Source: a virus. Taken from it: a stretch of DNA of 50,224 nt. The first letter of the stretch is position 1, and each line of letters begins with the position of its first letter. A program made the translations under genes and the position numbers. A model generated the notes under the pieces. The model saw nothing but the letters and a program-made list of their open reading frames with translations. It was not told the origin of the DNA and ran no database searches. Of this stretch, positions 23,152 to 31,418 are shown one piece after another. The DNA is taken from the IMG/VR virus record IMGVR_UViG_3300028549_002200. One strand, written 5' to 3'.

Positions 23152-23445
23152 ATGGAAATTACATTATTTACAAAAGACGGATGCCAGTATTGCGACATGA
23201 TGGAGCGCGCTATCATGAAGGAGCCAAGCATTCCTGATGGAGCAATTTTTAAGTGTGAGCAAATCACAAAAGATAATATCGATTTTCATAAAGCCGAGTT
23301 AATAGAGGCAACAGGATCGCAAAACATAGGATTCCCTATAACGAAAGTTGTCTCTTTTTCAGATGACACAAGATACGTTGATTATATAGTTGGGTATGAT
23401 ATCGAGAATTTTGGCAAAATTCTTGCAAAAAGAAGCGGAGGATAA
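23152..23445 (+). CDS. Glutaredoxin/NrdH-like thioredoxin-fold protein, 97 aa
   Basis: MEITLFTKDGCQYCDMM shows a CxxC directly after the first beta-strand. GGAGAGCT ribosome-binding site. Confidence 0.6.
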   Translation: MEITLFTKDGCQYCDMMERAIMKEPSIPDGAIFKCEQITKDNIDFHKAELIEATGSQNIGFPITKVVSFSDDTRYVDYIVGYDIENFGKILAKRSGG

Positions 23446-23449
23446 ACAC

Positions 23450-24130
23450 ATGGATGCTCTCATCATTGGCGCGCTTGTCCCTATCATTTTAGCACTTATT
23501 GCTCACTGGACTAAAGTTGTTGAATTCAGAGCATTTGGGTACGCAAAAAAAGAACAAAAACGTCTTGCGAAACTTGTCCACAATGAACTGTTTAATGATA
23601 TTGCTACATATATAAGTCATTCAAAACAGTCCTTACAGATCAAAGACAAAGGAAAACAGACGATTGCACAATATTTATTTGAACATAAGTGCAAGACGTG
23701 GGCAAGAGTTTTGTATGAAATAGCCAGTTATATAGATCATTGTGATAAGAATTGTTCCGAAGCCATTGAGACAAATCATATTTACAACATGAACATTGAT
23801 GCCTTGAACAAAGGTGTCCAATTAACAAATATGGTAGTAAGTAATCCTGATCTAAACGCAGATGACAAAGCTGCCCTGTCTGTGTTTTTGGATAAATTCA
23901 ACGCAAAGCATGAGGCCAAGGTTCAGTTCATGCAAAACGTCATCAAAGACATTGCTTATTCTTCGTTTATTCAGGGGTGTAAAGCAAAGCAGCACATGAT
24001 ACTGCTTGCATATGACTTAGCCCTCGGAATGACCCTTTCTGACCTCGAAAAAACGCTCCAAGATATCAACGGTGATCTCTTTGGTTATTCGTTTAAAGGG
24101 AATCTCTTTTTAGAGCATGAGGAGGCGTAA
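23450..24130 (+). CDS. Membrane-anchored protein, 226 aa, N-terminal TM helix
   Basis: Starts MDALIIGALVPIILALIAHW, then a helical soluble part. Lies directly upstream of the holin-like gene. Confidence 0.55.
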   Translation: MDALIIGALVPIILALIAHWTKVVEFRAFGYAKKEQKRLAKLVHNELFNDIATYISHSKQSLQIKDKGKQTIAQYLFEHKCKTWARVLYEIASYIDHCDKNCSEAIETNHIYNMNIDALNKGVQLTNMVVSNPDLNADDKAALSVFLDKFNAKHEAKVQFMQNVIKDIAYSSFIQGCKAKQHMILLAYDLALGMTLSDLEKTLQDINGDLFGYSFKGNLFLEHEEA

Positions 24131-24132
24131 AA

Positions 24133-24348
24133 ATGCAAAAATGGTTTGTTTTGAAAGTGAACGTTTCTATAGGGAGAAAGCTTTTTTTGGCTTTGCTGAT
24201 CCTCGGACTATCAACGATGTTTGTGTTGAAAGGATTGATGTCTGGCGAGACATTTGCTTTTCTTGTCTCTGCCCTGTTCGGTTTTGTGGCCGGTGCCGTT
24301 TCTTACGACAAAATGACGGTGAGGAAAAGTGGTGGGAACGATGAATAA
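24133..24348 (+). CDS. Holin-like protein, 71 aa, two TM segments, charged C-terminus
   Basis: Two hydrophobic segments (LFLALLILGLSTMFVL and FAFLVSALFGFVAGAV). GAGGAGG ribosome-binding site. Precedes the endolysin gene. Confidence 0.55.
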   Translation: MQKWFVLKVNVSIGRKLFLALLILGLSTMFVLKGLMSGETFAFLVSALFGFVAGAVSYDKMTVRKSGGNDE

Positions 24349-24856
24349 ACAATCTTTTATGCGCATTTATGACAATAAACAAACAAGGCTCCATTACGCG
24401 CTTATTCATGACGCAATACTAAGCAAGCAAATGGAAATGTCAGAATTTTGTATTTTTGATCCGGCTCACTTCGAAGATGGCGATGCGACAACAACACATG
24501 AGCATACCGGGAAAATGATCATCGATCTCGTTTTGCATCTTCGAAAAGAATATAACGAACCAACGTTAAAACTTCCGATTACATCATTATACCGCAAAGG
24601 ATTTTCTCTTATCGGCCCTCCGGGACATGTGAAAAAAATTGATTATCTTGACATGACTGTTGAAGCGCGCCTTGCTCATTATGGTCTTGCATTTGACGTT
24701 TCCTTTAGGATGTGGGTAAATGACATGAACAAAAGTATGCCATTGCTTCAAACAAGATTGAAAGAGTTCGGATTTGAGCAGCCATTTGCGTGGGAATTGC
24801 ATCATTATTGCCCAAAAGAAGACGTTACGATAAAACGGTTTGGACTTTTGATGTGA
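24341..24856 (+). CDS. Endolysin, peptidase M15 (VanY / L-Ala-D-Glu peptidase)-like
   Basis: SLYR, AHYGLAFDV (H..G.A.D-like) and ELHHY appear in the expected order. Overlaps the holin stop. Confidence 0.6.
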   Translation: MNKQSFMRIYDNKQTRLHYALIHDAILSKQMEMSEFCIFDPAHFEDGDATTTHEHTGKMIIDLVLHLRKEYNEPTLKLPITSLYRKGFSLIGPPGHVKKIDYLDMTVEARLAHYGLAFDVSFRMWVNDMNKSMPLLQTRLKEFGFEQPFAWELHHYCPKEDVTIKRFGLLM

Positions 24857-24956
24857 ATGTGCTATACTTTACTTAGGGCGGTGTAGGTGTAGCCGTTTGT
24901 CATCCACCCTGTAACGAGAGCGCAGCCGCCCTGCTCTCATGTAAAAAAGGAGTAAC
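24857..24956 (+). other. GC-rich, self-complementary 100-nt spacer with a TATACT box; candidate structured leader or small RNA
   Basis: GGGCGG pairs with CCGCCC at long range, enclosing a GAGAGC-(11 nt)-GCTCTC hairpin. This is the longest non-coding gap in the late block. Confidence 0.3.
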
Positions 24957-25466
24957 ATGTCTATCGCTAACAAGGTGTCTCGCGAAGAAGCAAGACGACT
25001 CCTTGGGCTTTCGATGCCTACAAAACAACCTCCCTGCAAAAAGGCCTCTTGGAAATATACAAAAGAAAAAAACATTTCATACGGCACTCCTTCTGATTAC
25101 ATTAAGCCACAAAAAGAGAAACTCAGAAAATCTTGCTGTGAACTTAATACCGGAAAACTCGCAATCGAAGACGCATTGCGCAAACATTGTGGCAATATTG
25201 AGTGGTATGGCGAATATCGCTTTTGCGCAGAGCGTGAATGGAGATTTGACTATGCAATACCTTCACTAAAAATTGCTATCGAATATGAGGGCAATACGTT
25301 TCAAAAAAGCCGACATACGTCCGGGGTTGGTTTCGCAAACGATACCGTAAAATATAATGCCGCCGCTTTGCTTGGATGGAAAATATTACGCTATGAAGCA
25401 TCGCTTGTTTTCGATAGGATCGATCTTGAGCTACAAATGGCTGTTACGCCTGATGGGTTGATATGA
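24957..25466 (+). CDS. PD-(D/E)xK-type (DUF559/Vsr-like) endonuclease-fold protein, 169 aa
   Basis: The C-terminal half reads WRFDYAIPSLKIAIEYEGNTF...DTVKYNAAALLGWKILRY. Confidence 0.45.
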   Translation: MSIANKVSREEARRLLGLSMPTKQPPCKKASWKYTKEKNISYGTPSDYIKPQKEKLRKSCCELNTGKLAIEDALRKHCGNIEWYGEYRFCAEREWRFDYAIPSLKIAIEYEGNTFQKSRHTSGVGFANDTVKYNAAALLGWKILRYEASLVFDRIDLELQMAVTPDGLI

Positions 25467-26002
25467 AAGAGCGCATCCTAATATATCTTCCTCTTTTGCT
25501 CTTTATTGCCGCTTTTATTTACATAATGTTTATGTTTGAACTTCCAATAACAAAAGATATTGTAATCTTTGAAAAGAAGGTTGACAGAATAATTATAAAA
25601 GGGAGCGTTGTGTCAACAGACAAAAAAACACTTCGAGACGAAACATTCAAATATGAGCTAAATCTTGTTAAAAAACCCGGCGAGGAAAAGTTCGCGCTCG
25701 ACTACGACAAGTCGCTTCTTCCCCGAGTGATGACCGTTGACAGCGTTATTACAGAAACAAAATATGATTTCCTCGCCCCCTTCCGCATTGGTATTGGCGT
25801 AAATTATAAAGAAGAGAGACTTGACAAAGACCTGATTTGTGCGTATCTTTTTATTAGGAAGGCTCGATTTGAACTCGGGCCAATGACTGACTTTGAATCT
25901 TTGGGTCTGATGGTATCACATAGGACAGGCAACATGTCTTTCGGTGGATATGCGACGCTTGCCGGAACGCTCGGAATAGGGGTAGGTTTTAAGCCGTTCT
26001 GA
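25463..26002 (+). CDS. Membrane-anchored beta-rich protein, 179 aa, ending GVGFKPF
   Basis: N-terminal TM segment ILIYLPLLLFIAAFIYIMFMF. C-terminal aromatic terminus. ATGA overlap with the upstream gene. Confidence 0.55.
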   Translation: MKERILIYLPLLLFIAAFIYIMFMFELPITKDIVIFEKKVDRIIIKGSVVSTDKKTLRDETFKYELNLVKKPGEEKFALDYDKSLLPRVMTVDSVITETKYDFLAPFRIGIGVNYKEERLDKDLICAYLFIRKARFELGPMTDFESLGLMVSHRTGNMSFGGYATLAGTLGIGVGFKPF

Positions 26003-26014
26003 CAAGGAGGACAT

Positions 26015-29000
26015 ATGCCATTTGGTTATATAGATAGATCGAGGGACACGAAACTTGCGCCCGCAAGCTCTTCAAGTGTCGCAATTAATACTGAAATTTT
26101 TAAAGGAACTCTTGAATATGACCGTATTTCTACAATGTTATACGAATATTTGCAGCATGCAAAAATAGGCAATTACAATCTCGACATTGTTTCAAGTCAT
26201 GTGTATTCCACTCATGTTGATTCTACTACCGGGTCTATCGTTGGGATTGACGACATTGACGTTTCTCCACAAGCTTATATCGAGTCGCAATCTTTCATCG
26301 GCATGGAGAACATGATGGATGACTCTTTTTATAAAAATATATTGCAAATGGGTAATACTTTGGCTGTCCCGTATCACGGCCCGGAGTTATTTATAAAAAA
26401 CATTATTGCTCTCGAAACACGGCATTCTGCGTCTTATGACGGAACGCTTGTCGGTGGTATTACTGCTTCTCAAACTACTGTTTCTGTTGCCTTTGATTCT
26501 TCTCTTGACTCTCAGGCAAAAATTCATGCCGTTGCGGTGAGTGCGCAAGTTACGATCAAGATTGGCAGTGAGTTTATTTTGTGTTCTACATTAGAGGCAG
26601 ATTGTACTGATAATGCCGGCGTTGTTACTTTTACCAATGTTACGAGGTCGGCTCACCATTCAACGGCTGCGGTTGCAAGCAATGGAGCAAATTGCTATCT
26701 CACATGGTTTTATATGTTTCCGTTTTGGCTCGGGGCTGATTACGGGTCTTCTGGTTCTTTTGCTGACTATCCTACTTATTTGGGAAAATGGAAAAACATG
26801 GCATGGTGCGGGCTTGAAGTTGGGAGTAACTCCGATGAATCCAAAGGATTGGTCATTCGTGGTCTGCCAACTTCGACTGATATGCAGATCATCAAAACAG
26901 ATAGTGTTACATATGGCGGCTTATATGTTTCGAAGCAAGCAGATCCGTATGGTAGTTACTTGACGGGTGGATGGGATTATTACACAACAACAGGGACATC
27001 CGTAGTTACAGCAACGAATAGCGATAAATGGACAAAAATACACACTTATAGCCCGTATTCGTCTGAGTTTGATGCGCTGCACACTACCACAATAACGGCT
27101 TCTGGTATTACAAACAACATTCAATCTGTTATGGTCGTGTTTAGGCAAGCAATTATTGGCTATAGGAAAAGAATAATGACCGGCTCTTCTCCGTCCAGAC
27201 AATATTATGTTCCTTTGTATTTTGTTGTTTCGGAAGACATTATTGAGTCTCAATCTTCTCTCGACACTATGTTTGCAACGTGGGGAGAACTTGATGATTC
27301 CGAACAAAGCATGATTTCTACCATAAACGGAGTGACGATTGGCCCGTCACAAGAAAAACTTGAATATTCAGGGCTTCTTAACATTTTGTCTGTGTTGCGC
27401 CGTCGTTCTGATATTACTGAAACATCGCAGTCTGTCGCAAGTTCGACGCACGTTGTTGGCGTCTTAAAACAGGGAAATATACCTCGACAAACGTATTTCC
27501 CAAACATTTCGTCTTCTCATACATACGCAAAGCATGTTCGTCGTTTTATTGATCTTGGAGCGTCTCCGGTTCTGTCAGAAAAACATTCACAGACTGGCAC
27601 AATTTATTATTCGATTGCTCATTATAATGAAGTTGATGAAAACGTTGTATTGACAGGCGCGCCAACCAATGAGGCTGTTGTCGTAATTAACGAAACGGCA
27701 TTGGCTGCCGGCGTAACGCTGCGTATTAAGAGGTGTGATAGAAACAGTTCCGGCGTTGTTACGAAATGGTATATCAACGAAAATTATACGGGGCTTAAAA
27801 TCATGAAACGCACGATTGTCCAAGTTGGAACATTCGTAATTCATAAAATCGACTTTTCAGACACGTCAACATATGCTTTTTTAAGTCTTCCTGCTGCCAA
27901 TGGCGGGACTACGGAATATTACGAATGGACTGATACTGATAAAATATCAAACATGTTGTATGACGATGCTATTGAGGTGGCCGATAATTTTAATAACCAT
28001 TCTCCTCCTGACGCAAAGTATATTGCTGAGTTTGCAAATAAGCTGTTTGTTGTTGGGACAACTCGCAATAAAATAAAAATAACCGTGCTTGACGGTGGTA
28101 TTGTGAAGACTGAAAAACTTGATGAAATAGAAGATGTGTCAAATTATCTTTTCTTTTCACGTGAGGACTCGTTTCATTATTTCCCTTGGACAAATATGAT
28201 TCGCTTTCCGGGCGCAATCAGAGGTTTGGCTTCTTGTAAAACGCATTTATATGTTGGCACTGATGCAGGAATATACATAGTGTGGGGTTATGACAATTTT
28301 GAAGTTCAGCGTATCGACGGCAATTACATGACAATGCCCGGAACGATGATGGCTATTAACGGTCTGTGTTATCTTGCGACTCGCGCAAATATTACCGATG
28401 ATACTGCCGCAATGAACGGAATCTTTAGGTTTAGTGGCGATAATCCTCAGCCGCTATATCATGAGCTTTCCGGGCTTTTCGAATATGGTGTCGAGAATGA
28501 CGGATATAATTGCGAGTTCCAAGACAATAGATATTATGTGATACGACAAGAAATACCGGAAATCAACTCCGGGTATCATTACGATTATTTAGTATACGAC
28601 GTATGGCTTGGCGGATGGAGACTTGATCAGTCCTACACTTTTTCAAGAATACTGAACGAGCAAACGCAACAGTATGTTGTTACACAGGGTTTTTACTGGA
28701 AGGGCAACAAAGAAATGCTGTTAGAGCGATTTCTTAAAGATGGCGATGTGTATCAGCGAGATTTTGGACATTTACCAAAGCAGATTTATAAAATTGTTGT
28801 TGAGGCATATGGCGAATTTATCATCAATATCTATCGCGACGAAGAATCGTCTCCAATCAAAACTATTCATAAAACGTTTACTACTCGTTCAATGAAAAAG
28901 TTTTATGGAAGTTGGAAGAAAGGCCAAAACTTTACTATTGAAATATTAGGGAAAGACGGTACAATTATTTATGCCGTTAATCCAATAATGATCGCGCCGT

Positions 29001-29050
29001 TTGCGTTAAGCGAAAACACAGGAACAGTGCCGGATCCGCCGGTAGCATAA
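26015..29050 (+). CDS. Large tail/nozzle-type structural protein, 1011 aa
   Basis: Size, beta-rich composition, AAGGAGG ribosome-binding site, and position before the internal-virion-like block. Confidence 0.5.
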   Translation: MPFGYIDRSRDTKLAPASSSSVAINTEIFKGTLEYDRISTMLYEYLQHAKIGNYNLDIVSSHVYSTHVDSTTGSIVGIDDIDVSPQAYIESQSFIGMENMMDDSFYKNILQMGNTLAVPYHGPELFIKNIIALETRHSASYDGTLVGGITASQTTVSVAFDSSLDSQAKIHAVAVSAQVTIKIGSEFILCSTLEADCTDNAGVVTFTNVTRSAHHSTAAVASNGANCYLTWFYMFPFWLGADYGSSGSFADYPTYLGKWKNMAWCGLEVGSNSDESKGLVIRGLPTSTDMQIIKTDSVTYGGLYVSKQADPYGSYLTGGWDYYTTTGTSVVTATNSDKWTKIHTYSPYSSEFDALHTTTITASGITNNIQSVMVVFRQAIIGYRKRIMTGSSPSRQYYVPLYFVVSEDIIESQSSLDTMFATWGELDDSEQSMISTINGVTIGPSQEKLEYSGLLNILSVLRRRSDITETSQSVASSTHVVGVLKQGNIPRQTYFPNISSSHTYAKHVRRFIDLGASPVLSEKHSQTGTIYYSIAHYNEVDENVVLTGAPTNEAVVVINETALAAGVTLRIKRCDRNSSGVVTKWYINENYTGLKIMKRTIVQVGTFVIHKIDFSDTSTYAFLSLPAANGGTTEYYEWTDTDKISNMLYDDAIEVADNFNNHSPPDAKYIAEFANKLFVVGTTRNKIKITVLDGGIVKTEKLDEIEDVSNYLFFSREDSFHYFPWTNMIRFPGAIRGLASCKTHLYVGTDAGIYIVWGYDNFEVQRIDGNYMTMPGTMMAINGLCYLATRANITDDTAAMNGIFRFSGDNPQPLYHELSGLFEYGVENDGYNCEFQDNRYYVIRQEIPEINSGYHYDYLVYDVWLGGWRLDQSYTFSRILNEQTQQYVVTQGFYWKGNKEMLLERFLKDGDVYQRDFGHLPKQIYKIVVEAYGEFIINIYRDEESSPIKTIHKTFTTRSMKKFYGSWKKGQNFTIEILGKDGTIIYAVNPIMIAPFALSENTGTVPDPPVA

Positions 29051-29059
29051 GGAGGAGTT

Positions 29060-29830
29060 ATGATAGGAGCAATTATTGGTGGTGGATTAGGGCTGCTTGG
29101 AAGTCTTTTTGGAGCATCCGCAGCAAACAAACAAGCCCGTGCTGCTGAAAGAATGCACCAAGCACAGCTTGCTAATGCAAAGCGATGGGAACACAAAATG
29201 TTGCCTTATATGGCAATGAATGATAGGATGATCTATAACCCAGAAACAACATCACTTTATAATAATATTATGGGTGGGTCAGAGCAATCGTCAAACCAAA
29301 CATTACGCCAACTTGCATCTTTGTTTGGTGGGCGTGGTTACAATGGCGCAGTTGAAAGCGGTGCTACTGCCGAGGCAATGGGTAATGCTAACCGTGATAT
29401 TTTCAATAATGCCGCAATGTCTATTACCGGCGCACAGAATGATGCGCAAAATCAAAACATGGGCATTTCTAATAGCTTGATGTCTATGTATGCAGGAATG
29501 GGGCACGATGCAGGGATGAATGCCGTCCCGTTTGCAGGTGGCAGCGATGGCGTTTGGAGCAATTTGTTGTCCGGTGCAGGTGGAGGAATGATGAACTATG
29601 CGTTTGGAAAAATGGCAGATAATGACAGAATGAAACAGGTTAGCACTTTGCTTGATCGTTATAAAGGCGATACAAGCGGACAGATAGGCTCTCCCGGTTA
29701 TCTTGGTCCAAATTGGCCTCCAAAAAGTGCTGATTTTAGCGGAGCAAATGGTGACTTTGGTTTGGATTTTAATAAATATAATTTTGGGCGGACTAACTAT
29801 CAAAACCTTTCAAATCTTTTTGGGAAGTAG
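29060..29830 (+). CDS. Gly/Asn/Met-rich internal-virion-like protein, 256 aa
   Basis: Hydrophobic Gly-rich N-terminus MIGAIIGGGLGLLGSLFGASAA. The remainder is low-complexity. Confidence 0.5.
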   Translation: MIGAIIGGGLGLLGSLFGASAANKQARAAERMHQAQLANAKRWEHKMLPYMAMNDRMIYNPETTSLYNNIMGGSEQSSNQTLRQLASLFGGRGYNGAVESGATAEAMGNANRDIFNNAAMSITGAQNDAQNQNMGISNSLMSMYAGMGHDAGMNAVPFAGGSDGVWSNLLSGAGGGMMNYAFGKMADNDRMKQVSTLLDRYKGDTSGQIGSPGYLGPNWPPKSADFSGANGDFGLDFNKYNFGRTNYQNLSNLFGK

Positions 29831-29839
29831 GAGGGTAAT

Positions 29840-31417
29840 ATGACTACTTTTGGTGATTCTCTTTTACAGCTTGGAATGACTAAATTCCAAAATTCCTTGG
29901 ATCAAAACAACAAAATATCCATGATCAACACTATGGATGCGTTGCAAAAATCCAAGCTTGACTCTGCTCTTATGCAGACAAAAATAAGATCAGAAGACTT
30001 AAAAAATAAAGCTACTGAAATGGCATTACGTCAAAAAGAAATGACTATGGAGCGTAACGCATATAATGCGTATCAAAAATGGCAGGAAAGTCCTGATAAA
30101 TATAAGCAATATGACAAGTTTTTCAAAGGCGCAGACGAAAAAACCGCGACACAGAATTTTATAACAAACAACCCAAATGCGTCTTTCGGTTTTAACGACT
30201 CGGTGCTTGATCAGTTACAGATGCACTCTGCCCCTATAGTGAATTATGCTACCGGAGAAATCAGCGATAACAATCTTGCGAGTAATCCGAATTTTGATGC
30301 AAGCATGTTGAATGACCCGCGCATAACCAACCAACAGTTTGCTCGACAGGGCAACAAATATGATTGGTCAGATGACTATACAATGACTAACCGCGTGGAC
30401 GCTCAGGGAAGGGAAATGCTTGGCAATTATTCTGAAACGCCAAACATGGATATGTATGCTGCTAATCAACAAGAAGCTTCTCGCAACAAAGCTCTTAAAA
30501 TGCAGCTGCTTGGCAGCAAACCTTCTCTTCCGATCAATCTCAGTGAGATGACACGGACGATTGAGACAAGTGAGCTTTCAAGACAAAAAAAAGATGATCT
30601 TCGTTCATATATAATGACTTATATAAACGCGGTATCGCACAACGATAGTATTGAGGCGCAACATGCTGCACTGGATGGCCTTACACACGGAATTAGAGGC
30701 ATACTTGGAAATCAAGCAAGCGAAGACCTTGTCCAACAACTTAATACTGCTTATGGCGCGATGCAAAAATGGGGCGAAGATATGTCTGCGTGGAAATCTA
30801 TGGGCCAACAAATTGGTGCTACAGGAGAACTTGATCGTGTAATAACAAGCCAGTATGGCGCAGAGAATAAAAGTAACTTAGAAGCACTGAGGCTGACTGC
30901 CGATCAATCAAACATGACCATGGATTTGTCTAAAAATCCTTTATATCAAAAGGTATTTGAACTCAGACAAAAGGCAGACAAAATGGTTAGAAACGAAGCT
31001 GACGACTATGGGATTACTCGCTTTATCAAAGGAGCTTGGAATGAGGTTGTTCCGTCATTTACTCCGACAGAAAGAAAAATCCTTTTTGATGTTTACCAAG
31101 GTGATGTGTCAAAACTGCCGCGGAACACGCGCAAAGATATTGTTAATAAAAGAAACGAAAAAGGTAATATTGAAGAATTTTTTAAATACGGTGCGCAAAA
31201 AACACCATATTATCCGTGGAACGTACCGGAGGACACTCGCTCAAAGTCGCAACTTGATGTATTATTTAACCAAAGCACTTCTGATGAACAGCGCGCCATG
31301 ATTGAGGCTGCAATGAAACACCTCCACAACGAGAACACAGATGGCGACTTTAATGAGTCAAATTTATCGAAATACTATTCCGAGAAAATTAGCGGCAAAT
31401 CGCAAAAGGGGTTCTAA
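29840..31417 (+). CDS. Internal-virion-like coiled-coil protein, 525 aa
   Basis: Position in the block and helical, charged composition. Confidence 0.45.
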   Translation: MTTFGDSLLQLGMTKFQNSLDQNNKISMINTMDALQKSKLDSALMQTKIRSEDLKNKATEMALRQKEMTMERNAYNAYQKWQESPDKYKQYDKFFKGADEKTATQNFITNNPNASFGFNDSVLDQLQMHSAPIVNYATGEISDNNLASNPNFDASMLNDPRITNQQFARQGNKYDWSDDYTMTNRVDAQGREMLGNYSETPNMDMYAANQQEASRNKALKMQLLGSKPSLPINLSEMTRTIETSELSRQKKDDLRSYIMTYINAVSHNDSIEAQHAALDGLTHGIRGILGNQASEDLVQQLNTAYGAMQKWGEDMSAWKSMGQQIGATGELDRVITSQYGAENKSNLEALRLTADQSNMTMDLSKNPLYQKVFELRQKADKMVRNEADDYGITRFIKGAWNEVVPSFTPTERKILFDVYQGDVSKLPRNTRKDIVNKRNEKGNIEEFFKYGAQKTPYYPWNVPEDTRSKSQLDVLFNQSTSDEQRAMIEAAMKHLHNENTDGDFNESNLSKYYSEKISGKSQKGF

Positions 31418-31418
31418 G

